DNA of 64,000 nucleotides from a virus. The stretch is from positions 1 to 64,000 of the IMG/VR virus record IMGVR_UViG_3300045988_154140, one strand, 5' to 3'. The position numbers were made by a program, and so were the translations under genes. The notes beneath the pieces were generated by a model. It was not told where the DNA came from. It saw only the letters and a program-made list of their open reading frames with translations, and ran no database searches. Shown one piece after another: positions 28,451 through 37,037 of this stretch (its first letter is position 1; the number at the start of each line of letters is the position of its first letter).

Positions 28451-28491
28451 ATCTTTGGTTTGTTTAGTTGTCACTCCGTCCAATTCGCGTC

Positions 28492-29064
28492 TCAGTACAT
28501 CTTTCCGTTAAGCCGTGGCCGCTGCCCGTTGTATGCCATTTTCTCGTGTATATGCCACTCGATGTCTATACCGTTGCGCTCGGCATAGGAAAGCAGCATG
28601 TTTAGAGCCTTTTGGCAGGCGTATATCTCTCCGTGCGGAGCCATCAGAGCCTCTGTTACTCGGAAGCAGAACTCGCACAACGGCTTGTCAAGGTCGGAAG
28701 TAAACGTATTGTCACGAATGAAGGAAATCTTGTAGTAGCCCATCATGTCCATGAGGCGTATGCAGGCATCGGCCAGCTCGTCCTCCACGGTGTCCTTGAT
28801 GTAATCCTTGAATGCCGTCTTGCGTCCCTTGATACGGTCATCAAGGGTTATTATATATTTACCCACGAAGGCACACCCCATCTCATATTCATCCGTATCG
28901 GCGTGTCTGTCGTGTCTGTCCGCGTCTATCGCCTCACTGAGTTCGGTGATGACGAGCATGGCCAGATGCTCGTAGTTTGGGGTGTCATCCCAGAAGCCGT
29001 GCTCCACGGCTGTCTTGTGCGCGAGGCTTATCACCTCGTCCCAGTTAAATTCCTTGTTGTTCAT
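28492..29064 (-). CDS. MazG-like nucleotide pyrophosphohydrolase
   Basis: ITELSEAIDADR and EDELADACIRLMD helices, typical of all-alpha NTP-PPases. Confidence 0.6.
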   Translation of the reverse strand: MNNKEFNWDEVISLAHKTAVEHGFWDDTPNYEHLAMLVITELSEAIDADRHDRHADTDEYEMGCAFVGKYIITLDDRIKGRKTAFKDYIKDTVEDELADACIRLMDMMGYYKISFIRDNTFTSDLDKPLCEFCFRVTEALMAPHGEIYACQKALNMLLSYAERNGIDIEWHIHEKMAYNGQRPRLNGKMY

Positions 29065-29085
29065 ATCGTCTCGTTACGGTGTCTG

Positions 29086-29274
29086 TCACTCCATCCAGTT
29101 AGCGTCTCTATACTTTGACCGCGTACGTGCGGTGCTGAAGCCTCGTCTCACGTATGCCTTGCACCCCCCGCTCTGACTGCTCATCGTGCATGGTCGGTCG
29201 TAATACTCTCTGTTAAGCGCCTCGTTGGTGTACTCGTCATCGTGGCAGCTATATGATTGGTTGTCCCGTTTCAT
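29086..29274 (-). CDS. hypothetical small protein
   Basis: ORF trimmed to MKRDNQSYSC...; Cys/Arg-rich. Confidence 0.35.
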   Translation of the reverse strand: MKRDNQSYSCHDDEYTNEALNREYYDRPCTMSSQSGGCKAYVRRGFSTARTRSKYRDANWME

Positions 29275-29488
29275 TTCTCCCCTCCTTCCTCTCACTAAGA
29301 ATACGCATTGCGGCGCGTGTCTCCTTCAACTCTTTCTGAAGCAGCACAATCTCTTCCTCCTTGTCGGAGAGGTGTGCCGTCCAGCGCGCGTTGGTCTCCT
29401 GTTCTCCCCTCGTGTAGCCGTAGTTGGCTCCTGCGACACCCGCTATAAGCGCCACAGCGATAAATGCAATACAAATTCCCATCGTCAT
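29249..29488 (-). CDS. small membrane protein
   Basis: Trimmed to MTMGICIAFIAVALIAGVAG (one TM) followed by a coiled coil. Confidence 0.45.
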   Translation of the reverse strand: MTMGICIAFIAVALIAGVAGANYGYTRGEQETNARWTAHLSDKEEEIVLLQKELKETRAAMRILSERKEGRNETGQPII

Positions 29489-29510
29489 TTCTTTATTTTT
29501 AGAATCCTTA

Positions 29511-30218
29511 TTACTCTGTAACCAGTTCCCAGTCCTCCGCAAATACATCGCTGGACGATGGAACCCATGAATCAGCGCGTCCGTCTTGGTTAATGATGAG
29601 CATCTGGTTTATGTATTTCAGGCATGGTTTCTGACGCTTCATCAGGATGTCCTTCGCAATCTGAGGCAGCGACTGCATATTAGGGATGGTCTCGCTTATA
29701 ATATGAGCGGGAACTTGCTTAATAACAAACATACCCTTGCCATTCCAGCCAGCTCTACGGATAGCACCACCCGCTTTAAGGAACTTGATAGCCGTACCGA
29801 AGTCATAGTTGTTGAGAGATTCCTTCCCATCAGACATCCGTTCGAGTCTATCATTCAACAGATAGGAATACTCCCTCTCTGTTTCAACCTGTGCTGAAAG
29901 AAGTGCCTTCGTGGGGTGTATGAGGGCATAACCTTCGTTTGCCAAAAACTCCATTCCCTTCGCAAAGCGCGTATTCAATTCTTCAAGCTGAATCTTAATA
30001 TGGTCAGCAGGAGCCTCAGCAACTCTATAGGCTTTCTCAAAAACAGACTTTGGAGACCAAGAGTCGTAGATGCTACCGTCTGGGTTGGTGTACTGCACAT
30101 GATAGCCTTCACGCCATTCGTGGTTGTCCTCGTTCTTGCGGGCGTAACCTTTCTCTACTGCGGCCAATTCGTTCATCGGCATGGCCTTTACCGTTTTTGT
30201 TCCTACATAAGTTTTCAT
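29511..30218 (-). CDS. Two-domain protein: small phage N-domain + DUF2829/Tad2-like C-domain
   Basis: C-terminal FGTAIKFLKAGGAIRRAGWNGKGMFV...SWVPSSSDVFAEDWELV matches DUF2829 hallmarks (GWNGKG, D.LAEDWE). Confidence 0.7.
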   Translation of the reverse strand: MKTYVGTKTVKAMPMNELAAVEKGYARKNEDNHEWREGYHVQYTNPDGSIYDSWSPKSVFEKAYRVAEAPADHIKIQLEELNTRFAKGMEFLANEGYALIHPTKALLSAQVETEREYSYLLNDRLERMSDGKESLNNYDFGTAIKFLKAGGAIRRAGWNGKGMFVIKQVPAHIISETIPNMQSLPQIAKDILMKRQKPCLKYINQMLIINQDGRADSWVPSSSDVFAEDWELVTE

Positions 30219-30238
30219 AGCTTCTCTTATATTTTTAG

Positions 30239-30547
30239 TTAAACATTATCTATCATCCTCTCTATCTCGTCTCTTGAACTCACCACATACACGGCCTGCC
30301 CAAGCTTGTGCAGCTGCTGGATCCTCGCTTGCTGTACCGCCCTCGGCTTCTTGCCTCTGGACTTCAGCTCGCACCATGCTGCCCTGCCGCCTGGCAGGAG
30401 AAGCAGTCTGTCGGGGAAGCCTGTGCATGTCGGGTTGCTGTACTTGAGGGCGACGCCACCGAGCATCTTCACCCGTTTCACCAGGTAGGCCTCCAACGCT
30501 TTTTCGCTCAGCAGAGAGTGGCCTGCTATCTCGTCTATCCTTCTCAT
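30239..30547 (-). CDS. VRR-NUC nuclease
   Basis: GFPDRLLLLPGGRAAWCELKSRGKKP (D...ExK) in a 102-aa protein. Confidence 0.75.
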   Translation of the reverse strand: MRRIDEIAGHSLLSEKALEAYLVKRVKMLGGVALKYSNPTCTGFPDRLLLLPGGRAAWCELKSRGKKPRAVQQARIQQLHKLGQAVYVVSSRDEIERMIDNV

Positions 30548-32958
30548 AAGTCATCATCCGTTAGTATCTCGTCCTGACTGCTGCGCACCCATAGGCGCTG
30601 CCTGCCGTAGCCAGATATTATCTTTCTATCTCCTTTCTCCCAGCCTGGAATCCACTCGAAGAGCGCGTTTATCTCTCGGGACTTATAGCGCAACTTCTCG
30701 TCCAACGACTCACCGAACAGCTCGTATAATATCTCCACCGTGCTAACCTCCGTGCGGGTGAGAACCCCCTCGGCCTCAAGCGGGTCTGTCTGCTTGAAGT
30801 AGGCTCTGCGTCTCTCCAGGCTTCTTGTCTCCCAGTCGGCAGGAAGTGGCGTGTCGAGGTATCGCTGTATGAGTCCTATGCGCTCATCCTTGGCAACGTC
30901 GTTAAACTCCTTCTGCATCTTACGCGCCTGCATCTCCAGGTCTCGGGACAGGAACAGCGGCTCTCCTTGCTCGTATCGCGTCTTGGCTTCTGCCCATACT
31001 TGGTCTCTATATTCGCTGTTAAGTTCTGTCCATATCGTCTTGGTCGGCACCTCTACGCCAGCCTCCACTACCCAGAAGCGTCTGTTACCGTTTGCGCCCT
31101 TGAGGAAGTTCGTCTCGTTGGTTGTGCCGAAGAACACGCACTGCCTCGGGTACTCCTCTTCTCTGCGTCCGTAGGCGGGTCTGTACTTGTCAACGCTGCG
31201 TGAGAGGTACTGCTTCACAGCCTCCACCTCACTGCGCTTGATGCCTGCCAGCTCGCCCAACTCTATGAGCCAGGCCTTGCGCAGGCTTGCCATGCCTTCC
31301 TTGCCTTCCACCGTCACCACACTGTCACTGAACCACTCACCGCCCATCCTTGCCAGCAGGGTGCTCTTGCCTATACCTTCGGGTCCTGTGATGACCAGCG
31401 TGTAGTCGTACTTACAGCCTGGTCTTGTCGCGCGTGCCACAGCGGCAGTGAACTGCTTGCGTGTCTGCGCTCTTGTCAGTTCTGTGTCTCTTGCGCCGAG
31501 GAAGTCTATCAGCAGGGTGTCAAGGCGCTCTGTACCGTCCCAGTGCAGGCCGTTCAGATACTCTCTCACGGGATGCTTCCTCCTGCTGTTGAAGACAGCT
31601 GTCAGCGCGTCTGTTATGCGGTCTTTACCCGTAATGCCATACCGCTCCTCCAGGAAGCAGCGCAGGCAGCAGTCGTCCGAGTTCGTCCAGATGCCGAGTG
31701 GCCGTCCAACCGTCCAAGGCAGCTTGCCTTCGTAGCAGTCCATGCCGCTAAAGTCGTTCCTCCAAAGCTTGCCCTTGAAGCACTGGCCATTCTCCAGCAC
31801 AAGGCGTATGTTCTTGATGGTGCTTGCCACAAGCCCCGCCCTTGTGAAGTCCATGAGTTTCACCCATCCTTCATCCTCCGCGCCTGCCCCTACATTCTTG
31901 AAGTCTCCTTCGGCCGAGGCGTTGCGCTCCTCCATCAGCGCGAGGCGCACCTGAGCGTCCGAGGCGGCAAACTCGCTCATCTTCTTGTAGGAGGGAAGCG
32001 AGGTGATGGAAGTACCCTCTTGGGCGTGCTCGTCATCCTTGCCGAATTTATGCAGCCTCACAAGGTCAAAGGAATTGACCAGATGCTGCGAGCAGGGGTC
32101 GGTGGCGTTATGGCTGTAGGCAAACAGGCCTCCCTCATATACCACCAGTCCAGCTGCTACGCTTCCCTGTGTATAGGTGTAGCGCTCTGTGTCCCCGCAT
32201 TGCTCATATACGTCAGACAGGAAGGTCGCTATGGCCTCGTGTATGTTGTAGCAGCGGCAGAACGCGCCCACGATACCCTTCTTCTCTGTCGGGTCTCCCT
32301 GCTTCTTGGAGGAGGTGTGTATGCAGGCGGCTACGCGGCTGCTGTAAGGCCACTCGCTCACATCGCGCCAGTTATGGTAGGTGGCAAGCACCTCGTCAGG
32401 ATCCAGGGCTTCACCCTCTGTATGCTTGAAGTAATACTCTACATCACGGGGGCTGCTCGGCCAGTACATCAGCCGCTCGGCCTCGTAGGTTGTATCATCG
32501 AAGAGGTCTATGCCTATCCGTGCGGCCAGCGCTCTGCCTACGGCCTCGTACTCCTCGCTTGTCACGCTGCGGCTCAGCAGTACCACAAGCCTCATGCGGG
32601 GTGCTTCGGGTGTGTAGGTGTGCGTTCCATACACAAACGCCTCATTGCCGTACAACAGACAGTACTGCTCCCAGGTATCGGCCTTCGCGTAGTCTATGTC
32701 CAGCGTTAGCACATCGCGGAACTTCACGCTGCCTTTCCTGCGTTGCCCTTCTATGAGGTAGCCACCCACGAAGCCTCCCACGTCCTTACGCTGACTTTGG
32801 TCGGGCTTGCTCATTGCCTTGTACTCCGCAAGGCTCTCGCCTGTCTGGGCGGTCTGTGAGCAACGCTTCACCAGCTTCTTCCAGTGCGTCTGTTTATTGC
32901 TCCAGCGCGTTGCGGTTCGCTTGGGCGCTGTGGCTATATATATTTGTCGGTCTGCCAT
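30544..32958 (-). CDS. Primase-helicase (VirE/BT4734-like N-domain + P-loop NTPase)
   Basis: LTLDIDYAK...VYGTHTYTP N-domain; Walker A ITGPEGIGKST; Walker B-like WLIELGEL. Confidence 0.8.
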   Translation of the reverse strand: MADRQIYIATAPKRTATRWSNKQTHWKKLVKRCSQTAQTGESLAEYKAMSKPDQSQRKDVGGFVGGYLIEGQRRKGSVKFRDVLTLDIDYAKADTWEQYCLLYGNEAFVYGTHTYTPEAPRMRLVVLLSRSVTSEEYEAVGRALAARIGIDLFDDTTYEAERLMYWPSSPRDVEYYFKHTEGEALDPDEVLATYHNWRDVSEWPYSSRVAACIHTSSKKQGDPTEKKGIVGAFCRCYNIHEAIATFLSDVYEQCGDTERYTYTQGSVAAGLVVYEGGLFAYSHNATDPCSQHLVNSFDLVRLHKFGKDDEHAQEGTSITSLPSYKKMSEFAASDAQVRLALMEERNASAEGDFKNVGAGAEDEGWVKLMDFTRAGLVASTIKNIRLVLENGQCFKGKLWRNDFSGMDCYEGKLPWTVGRPLGIWTNSDDCCLRCFLEERYGITGKDRITDALTAVFNSRRKHPVREYLNGLHWDGTERLDTLLIDFLGARDTELTRAQTRKQFTAAVARATRPGCKYDYTLVITGPEGIGKSTLLARMGGEWFSDSVVTVEGKEGMASLRKAWLIELGELAGIKRSEVEAVKQYLSRSVDKYRPAYGRREEEYPRQCVFFGTTNETNFLKGANGNRRFWVVEAGVEVPTKTIWTELNSEYRDQVWAEAKTRYEQGEPLFLSRDLEMQARKMQKEFNDVAKDERIGLIQRYLDTPLPADWETRSLERRRAYFKQTDPLEAEGVLTRTEVSTVEILYELFGESLDEKLRYKSREINALFEWIPGWEKGDRKIISGYGRQRLWVRSSQDEILTDDDL

Positions 32959-32975
32959 TATATCGTGTATAAATC

Positions 32976-34907
32976 TTAGTCCTTCATATAGTAGGGTGTC
33001 GTATAGCCTGCGCCTTTAAGCGGCAGTCCAGGGCACCAGTCTATCGGTTCTGCGAACAGAGCCTCTATCTCTGCAAGCGCGTTGGGGCGCTGTGAGTCCA
33101 CGATTATCTCGTCATGTACGTGGAACACTATCTTATGCCCCTGCTTCTCGGCCTTGAGCATCACGTGGCAGAGGATGTCACGCGCGATTGCCTGCACGAT
33201 GTTCTCCACAAGCTTGCCTCCCCAAGTGTCTGCGGTCTCCCACTTCTTCGTTGTCTGGTTCTGACGCTCGTAGGTGATACGCATGCCCTTGAAGGTCTCT
33301 GTAGCATCCACTCTCGGGTAGGCAATGCGCCTGCCGCTGGGCAGGGTGACGAACAGCATGCCGTACTGCTTCTGCATACGTATGCCTCTGTTGATGGCTA
33401 TCACGCGTCCCGTCTGTATGGCTGCAATGGCTGCACGCTCCACCACACTCCACAGGTTTACGGTGTGAGGGTTAGCGCGTCTCCACTGGCGCACGTAGGT
33501 TTCCTTCTCCTTGTCAGTGAAGTTCAGTCCGTAGTTCCTTGCCATACTGTCGAAGGCAGCGGGGCCACCGCCATAACCGCAGGCAAGCACGGCCACCTTG
33601 CCTGGCTGTCTGAGGTCTCCATGGGGGCCATGCTTGGTAACCTCCACGCCGAACATCCTGCTGGCTGTCACGCAGTAGATGTCTCCTCCCTTGGCAAAGG
33701 TGTCCAGCACCCACTGCTCACCGCTCACCCATGCCGTTACTCTCGCCTCGATGGCTGAGAAGTCACACACGTGCAGCACTCCTCCCTCTGAGGGGATGAA
33801 GGCTGTCCTTATGAGCTGTGACAGGGTATCGGGTATGCTGTCGTAGCAGAGAGACATCATCTCGTAGTCACCGCCTCGCAGTATCTCACGCGCAAGGCTA
33901 AGGTCACTGAGGTGGTTCTGCGGCAGGTTCTGTGTCTGCACACCCCGTCCGCTGAAGCGCCCTGTAAAGGTGCCGTAGTACTGCGTGAGGCCGTGGGCGC
34001 GACCGTCCTTGCAACGCCACTGAAGCATGGTCTCGTACTTCTTCACACTTGTCTTGCCAAGGTCAAGCCGTATCTCCAGCATCCTGCGTACTCGTTCGGG
34101 CAGATAGGGGTTCTTAAGCAACTCCTTCACAACAGACTTGTCAAGGGCTTCTGTCTTCACTCCCCAACTGGCAAGCCAAGGCCGCAACTGGGCGATGCTA
34201 CTTGGGTTCTCAAGGCCTGTTATCTTCTTTGCTTCCTCGCTAAGCTCCGCAGAGCATCGTTCCCAGAAGCGCAAGGCGTTACGTGCTAGTGTAGCATCCA
34301 CAGCCACACCGCGCTGGTTGATACGGAAGTCAAGCAGCTGCACCTCACGCTCCCAACGTGGTTGCCAAGCTTTATCCACAAGCCTGCGGCCTATCTCCAC
34401 CTCGCTATCTACATCACGGCGGCAGTACTGCTTGAAGAGTTCCCAGCGCTCCTTGTGTTGCTCACGTGTCCTCCTCGCACCTTTATAGGGCTTGCAGAAG
34501 AACGTGATGAGCGCCTTGCCTTCTCTCATCTTCTGCTTGTCCTCTGCCAGCCCAAGGACTTCTCCCAGCTGGCCAAGGGCAAGGGGCAGGCCAAGGTACG
34601 CGCCCATGATCATGGTGTCGTACCACTGCGTCTCGTCCATCTTCTGACCGAAGTGCTTGCTGAGGCACACTATCTCGAACGACATGTTATGTGCCAACTT
34701 CTTTACTGAGGGGTCAAGCAGCGCGTGCCTGACCTCGGCAGGCAACTCCTCGCCAGCCTCGAAGTCAACTATCTCAGCGGGAGTGCCGTCTATGCTGTAG
34801 CTGAAGAGCAATACCTTGAAGTTGTCACTCTCCACGTACTTATACAGACCGCAGGCACTCAAGTCCACGTCCGAGTATGTCTCTATATCTATCAGTAATG
34901 AAGTCAT
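32976..34907 (-). CDS. Family-A DNA polymerase with 3'-5' exonuclease
   Basis: Exo I LIDIETYS, Exo II AHNMSFE, motif A DFSAIEARV, motif B RQPGKVAVLACGYGGG, motif C HVHDEIIV. Start moved to MTSLLIDIE because the upstream 24 codons run through a tRNA-like element. Confidence 0.85.
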   Translation of the reverse strand: MTSLLIDIETYSDVDLSACGLYKYVESDNFKVLLFSYSIDGTPAEIVDFEAGEELPAEVRHALLDPSVKKLAHNMSFEIVCLSKHFGQKMDETQWYDTMIMGAYLGLPLALGQLGEVLGLAEDKQKMREGKALITFFCKPYKGARRTREQHKERWELFKQYCRRDVDSEVEIGRRLVDKAWQPRWEREVQLLDFRINQRGVAVDATLARNALRFWERCSAELSEEAKKITGLENPSSIAQLRPWLASWGVKTEALDKSVVKELLKNPYLPERVRRMLEIRLDLGKTSVKKYETMLQWRCKDGRAHGLTQYYGTFTGRFSGRGVQTQNLPQNHLSDLSLAREILRGGDYEMMSLCYDSIPDTLSQLIRTAFIPSEGGVLHVCDFSAIEARVTAWVSGEQWVLDTFAKGGDIYCVTASRMFGVEVTKHGPHGDLRQPGKVAVLACGYGGGPAAFDSMARNYGLNFTDKEKETYVRQWRRANPHTVNLWSVVERAAIAAIQTGRVIAINRGIRMQKQYGMLFVTLPSGRRIAYPRVDATETFKGMRITYERQNQTTKKWETADTWGGKLVENIVQAIARDILCHVMLKAEKQGHKIVFHVHDEIIVDSQRPNALAEIEALFAEPIDWCPGLPLKGAGYTTPYYMKD

Positions 34908-34908
34908 G

Positions 34909-35006
34909 TGAGGCTCTGTGGAATCGAACCACAGAAGCAGGCCATACGCCGCACTCGCAACCACAAAGGAGTGCTCCAATCCTGCTTTGACTGACCAGTC
35001 AGCCCC
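34909..35006 (-). ncRNA. tRNA-like RNA 2 (cloverleaf with an oversized anticodon-arm equivalent)
   Basis: Acceptor GGGGCT/AGCCTC, D-like hairpin GACT-GGTC-AGTC, helix AAGCAGG/CCTGCTT enclosing 39 nt, canonical T-arm TGTGG-TTCGATT-CCACA. Confidence 0.55.
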
Positions 35007-35161
35007 GTGTGGCCAGCTCTATATCCTCGCGGACAGTGGGCTTGGCCTCCATTGTCTATAAAAAGAAATTTCCAATGTGCGAGGCAGGCTTGCCCTCACG
35101 GGATTGCCTACCTAAGTAAAAATAGTAATGAATCTAAAACAATGTACATTAAAGAGTCTTG

Positions 35162-35219
35162 CTCCCGCGGGGTGAGTCGAACACCCAGACATCAAGATAA
35201 GACCATCCGTGGCGCGGGA
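35162..35219 (-). ncRNA. tRNA-like RNA 1 (acceptor + T-arm mini-element)
   Basis: TCCCGCG/CGCGGGA acceptor stem and T-arm GGGTG-TTCGACT-CACCC, with only 26 nt between them. Preceded by hairpin GGAGT-N10-ACTCC (35221-35240). Confidence 0.45.
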
Positions 35220-35240
35220 GGGAGTTACTGGGACTACTCC

Positions 35241-35810
35241 TTATAAATCGTCATCGTAGGCGGGTATGTTCACCCCTGCGAAGTCTGCGGCGGCATCCGT
35301 CTTGGCATTACCCAGAGGCTCACCGTCTCTTGACTTCATCAGATTGTTCAGATACACGCTGATGCCCATCTTGCCGTTGTTGAGGTAACCTCTGAAGGCG
35401 ATGCTCGCGTAGCCGTAGCAGCCGCTATACATCTCGTCAGGGTTAAGTATGGGCTGCTTGTTGCGGTCTATGATGCCTGGCTGGCTCTTGCCCTTAGAGT
35501 TGAGGAACCAGTGGTTCTCGTAGGCTTCTCCTCTGTCTGTGCCGTCATTCTTAGGCTCGTCACCGTCATGCAGAGGGGTCACGTTCTTCAGAGGAGGACG
35601 CTTGCCGCCCCATATCTCAGTGACTGCTGACTCGTATGCCTGCTTGATAGCCTTGTCTATAAGTGCGTTCAGCTGCGCGTTGTCCTTCGGGATGAGCAAT
35701 GTTGCCGTGTAGTTCTTGTTGGCTCCTTCCTCTGCCGCCCAAGGCTCAAACACATGGAGGTAACTGAAGCGTACCTCGCCGATAACTAAAGAAATTGCTT
35801 TTGTTGCCAT
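35241..35810 (-). CDS. ssDNA-binding protein, T7 gp2.5-like (DUF2815)
   Basis: GEVRFSYLHVFEPW N-terminus and acidic C-terminal tail PAYDDDL; sits in a DUF2800/PolA module. Confidence 0.7.
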   Translation of the reverse strand: MATKAISLVIGEVRFSYLHVFEPWAAEEGANKNYTATLLIPKDNAQLNALIDKAIKQAYESAVTEIWGGKRPPLKNVTPLHDGDEPKNDGTDRGEAYENHWFLNSKGKSQPGIIDRNKQPILNPDEMYSGCYGYASIAFRGYLNNGKMGISVYLNNLMKSRDGEPLGNAKTDAAADFAGVNIPAYDDDL

Positions 35811-35843
35811 CTTGTTTACTCGTTTAATCGTTAATAATCTTGT

Positions 35844-37034
35844 TTACTCGTCTATCTCAATCTTCTCAAAATCCTTCTGCGCGCTGCTGTAGTCATTGCA
35901 CTCCTCTCTGTCATCCGATGAAGGAGCAAGCGTAGGTTTACCTTTAGGCTTAACAACGCAATTGGGTGACATCGCGGTGAACTTTTTTTTACCCACCATC
36001 TTTTCCAGTTCTCCTATACCCTTCAACTCCTGCGGCTTGTATATGTCTGTAGCACCAGCCTCCAGCAGTCGCTCGATAAGAAGATTTTGGTTGATAATGG
36101 TACGGTTGCTTTTACCTTCCACCACTTTCCAGCCCTTATACTTTGTTCCCTCTATTGCCTTAGCAAGCGCATACTCCTCTACAGCAGTGCACCACTTCTT
36201 GATGGTGGGTATCACCTCCAGGATAGCGGGCATCTGCTCGGCAGTTATCAAGCCCTTGTCCTTGTGCTCGGAGTGTACCGATAGGGCTTGCTCGGCCAGC
36301 TTGGCACACTGAGCCTGCACCTTGCAGAACCTGCACCACTCACCTGGCTTCTGCTCGCCCTCGCCCTTGTTGGCCTTGCGGGCAGCGGGCGTAAGCTTCT
36401 CCTCCTGCCACTTGGCCAGTTCCTCCACCGACAGCTCGTATTCGCTTATGTTCTGCTTGCGGGGCTGTATGATGGTCATGCGCACACACCGTATGTCGTA
36501 CTCCCAGGAGTAAGCGTCCAGCGCGCCAAGCGCGTATATCATCATCTGTGTGTTTTCGGTAGCGCTCACCTCCACACCTTTGCCATACTTGAAGTCTATC
36601 ACCTCCATCATCCCATCGGCTATGATGATGGCATCAGCCGTGCCGAAGGAGTCGGGGATATACTTGGTAAAGTCAAGCCGCTTCTCCACGAACAGCTGGG
36701 CATCAGCGGTACTCTTCAGCGCGTCCCTGTACTTTTCCCACACCACACTCACGTAGAGGTCGGTCGCTTCCTTCATCTCATCGGTAGAGTACTTCTCGCG
36801 ACCTTGCTCGAACTCATCCCTCGCGGCTTTCAAAGCCTGCTCGTACTTACCGCCTGTCTCCACGTTGAGATAGTGCAGAAGCTTGGACTCGCACAAGGCA
36901 TGCGCGCAGGATCCTTCTTCGGCATATACGCTTCCCTTGTCTGGCACTCTCTCCTCCAGCCTGGCAGAGGGAGTGCAGTTTATCCATCTATGGCTGCTGC
37001 TCGGTGAAAGCAGCGCGTGTCCTGTAGCCGACAT
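35844..37034 (-). CDS. PD-(D/E)XK nuclease, DUF2800/Cas4-like
   Basis: LSPSSSHRWINCTPS N-terminus, DAIIIADG..IDFKYGKG core, C-terminal CRFCKVQAQC cluster. Confidence 0.75.
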   Translation of the reverse strand: MSATGHALLSPSSSHRWINCTPSARLEERVPDKGSVYAEEGSCAHALCESKLLHYLNVETGGKYEQALKAARDEFEQGREKYSTDEMKEATDLYVSVVWEKYRDALKSTADAQLFVEKRLDFTKYIPDSFGTADAIIIADGMMEVIDFKYGKGVEVSATENTQMMIYALGALDAYSWEYDIRCVRMTIIQPRKQNISEYELSVEELAKWQEEKLTPAARKANKGEGEQKPGEWCRFCKVQAQCAKLAEQALSVHSEHKDKGLITAEQMPAILEVIPTIKKWCTAVEEYALAKAIEGTKYKGWKVVEGKSNRTIINQNLLIERLLEAGATDIYKPQELKGIGELEKMVGKKKFTAMSPNCVVKPKGKPTLAPSSDDREECNDYSSAQKDFEKIEIDE

Positions 37035-37037
37035 AAC

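Noticed and set aside
34908-34979. ORF-track N-terminal extension of the DNA polymerase (MEHSFVVASAAYGLLLWFDSTEPH)
   Set aside because: It runs through a canonical T-arm/acceptor structure. The conserved exonuclease motif starts immediately after the internal Met at 34907, so the extension is most likely read-through of an RNA element.
34909-35219. Calling the two elements canonical tRNA genes, a tRNA with a 32-nt anticodon-loop intron (possible UGG anticodon), or a tmRNA (the 5' GGGGCTGA start looks tmRNA-like)
   Set aside because: Element 1 has no room for D plus anticodon arms. Element 2 has a 39-nt insert, a G2-U71 rather than G3-U70 pair, no U8, and is far too short for tmRNA with no tag ORF. 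Bacteria lack the splicing machinery for such an intron. Both are therefore kept only as tRNA-like.
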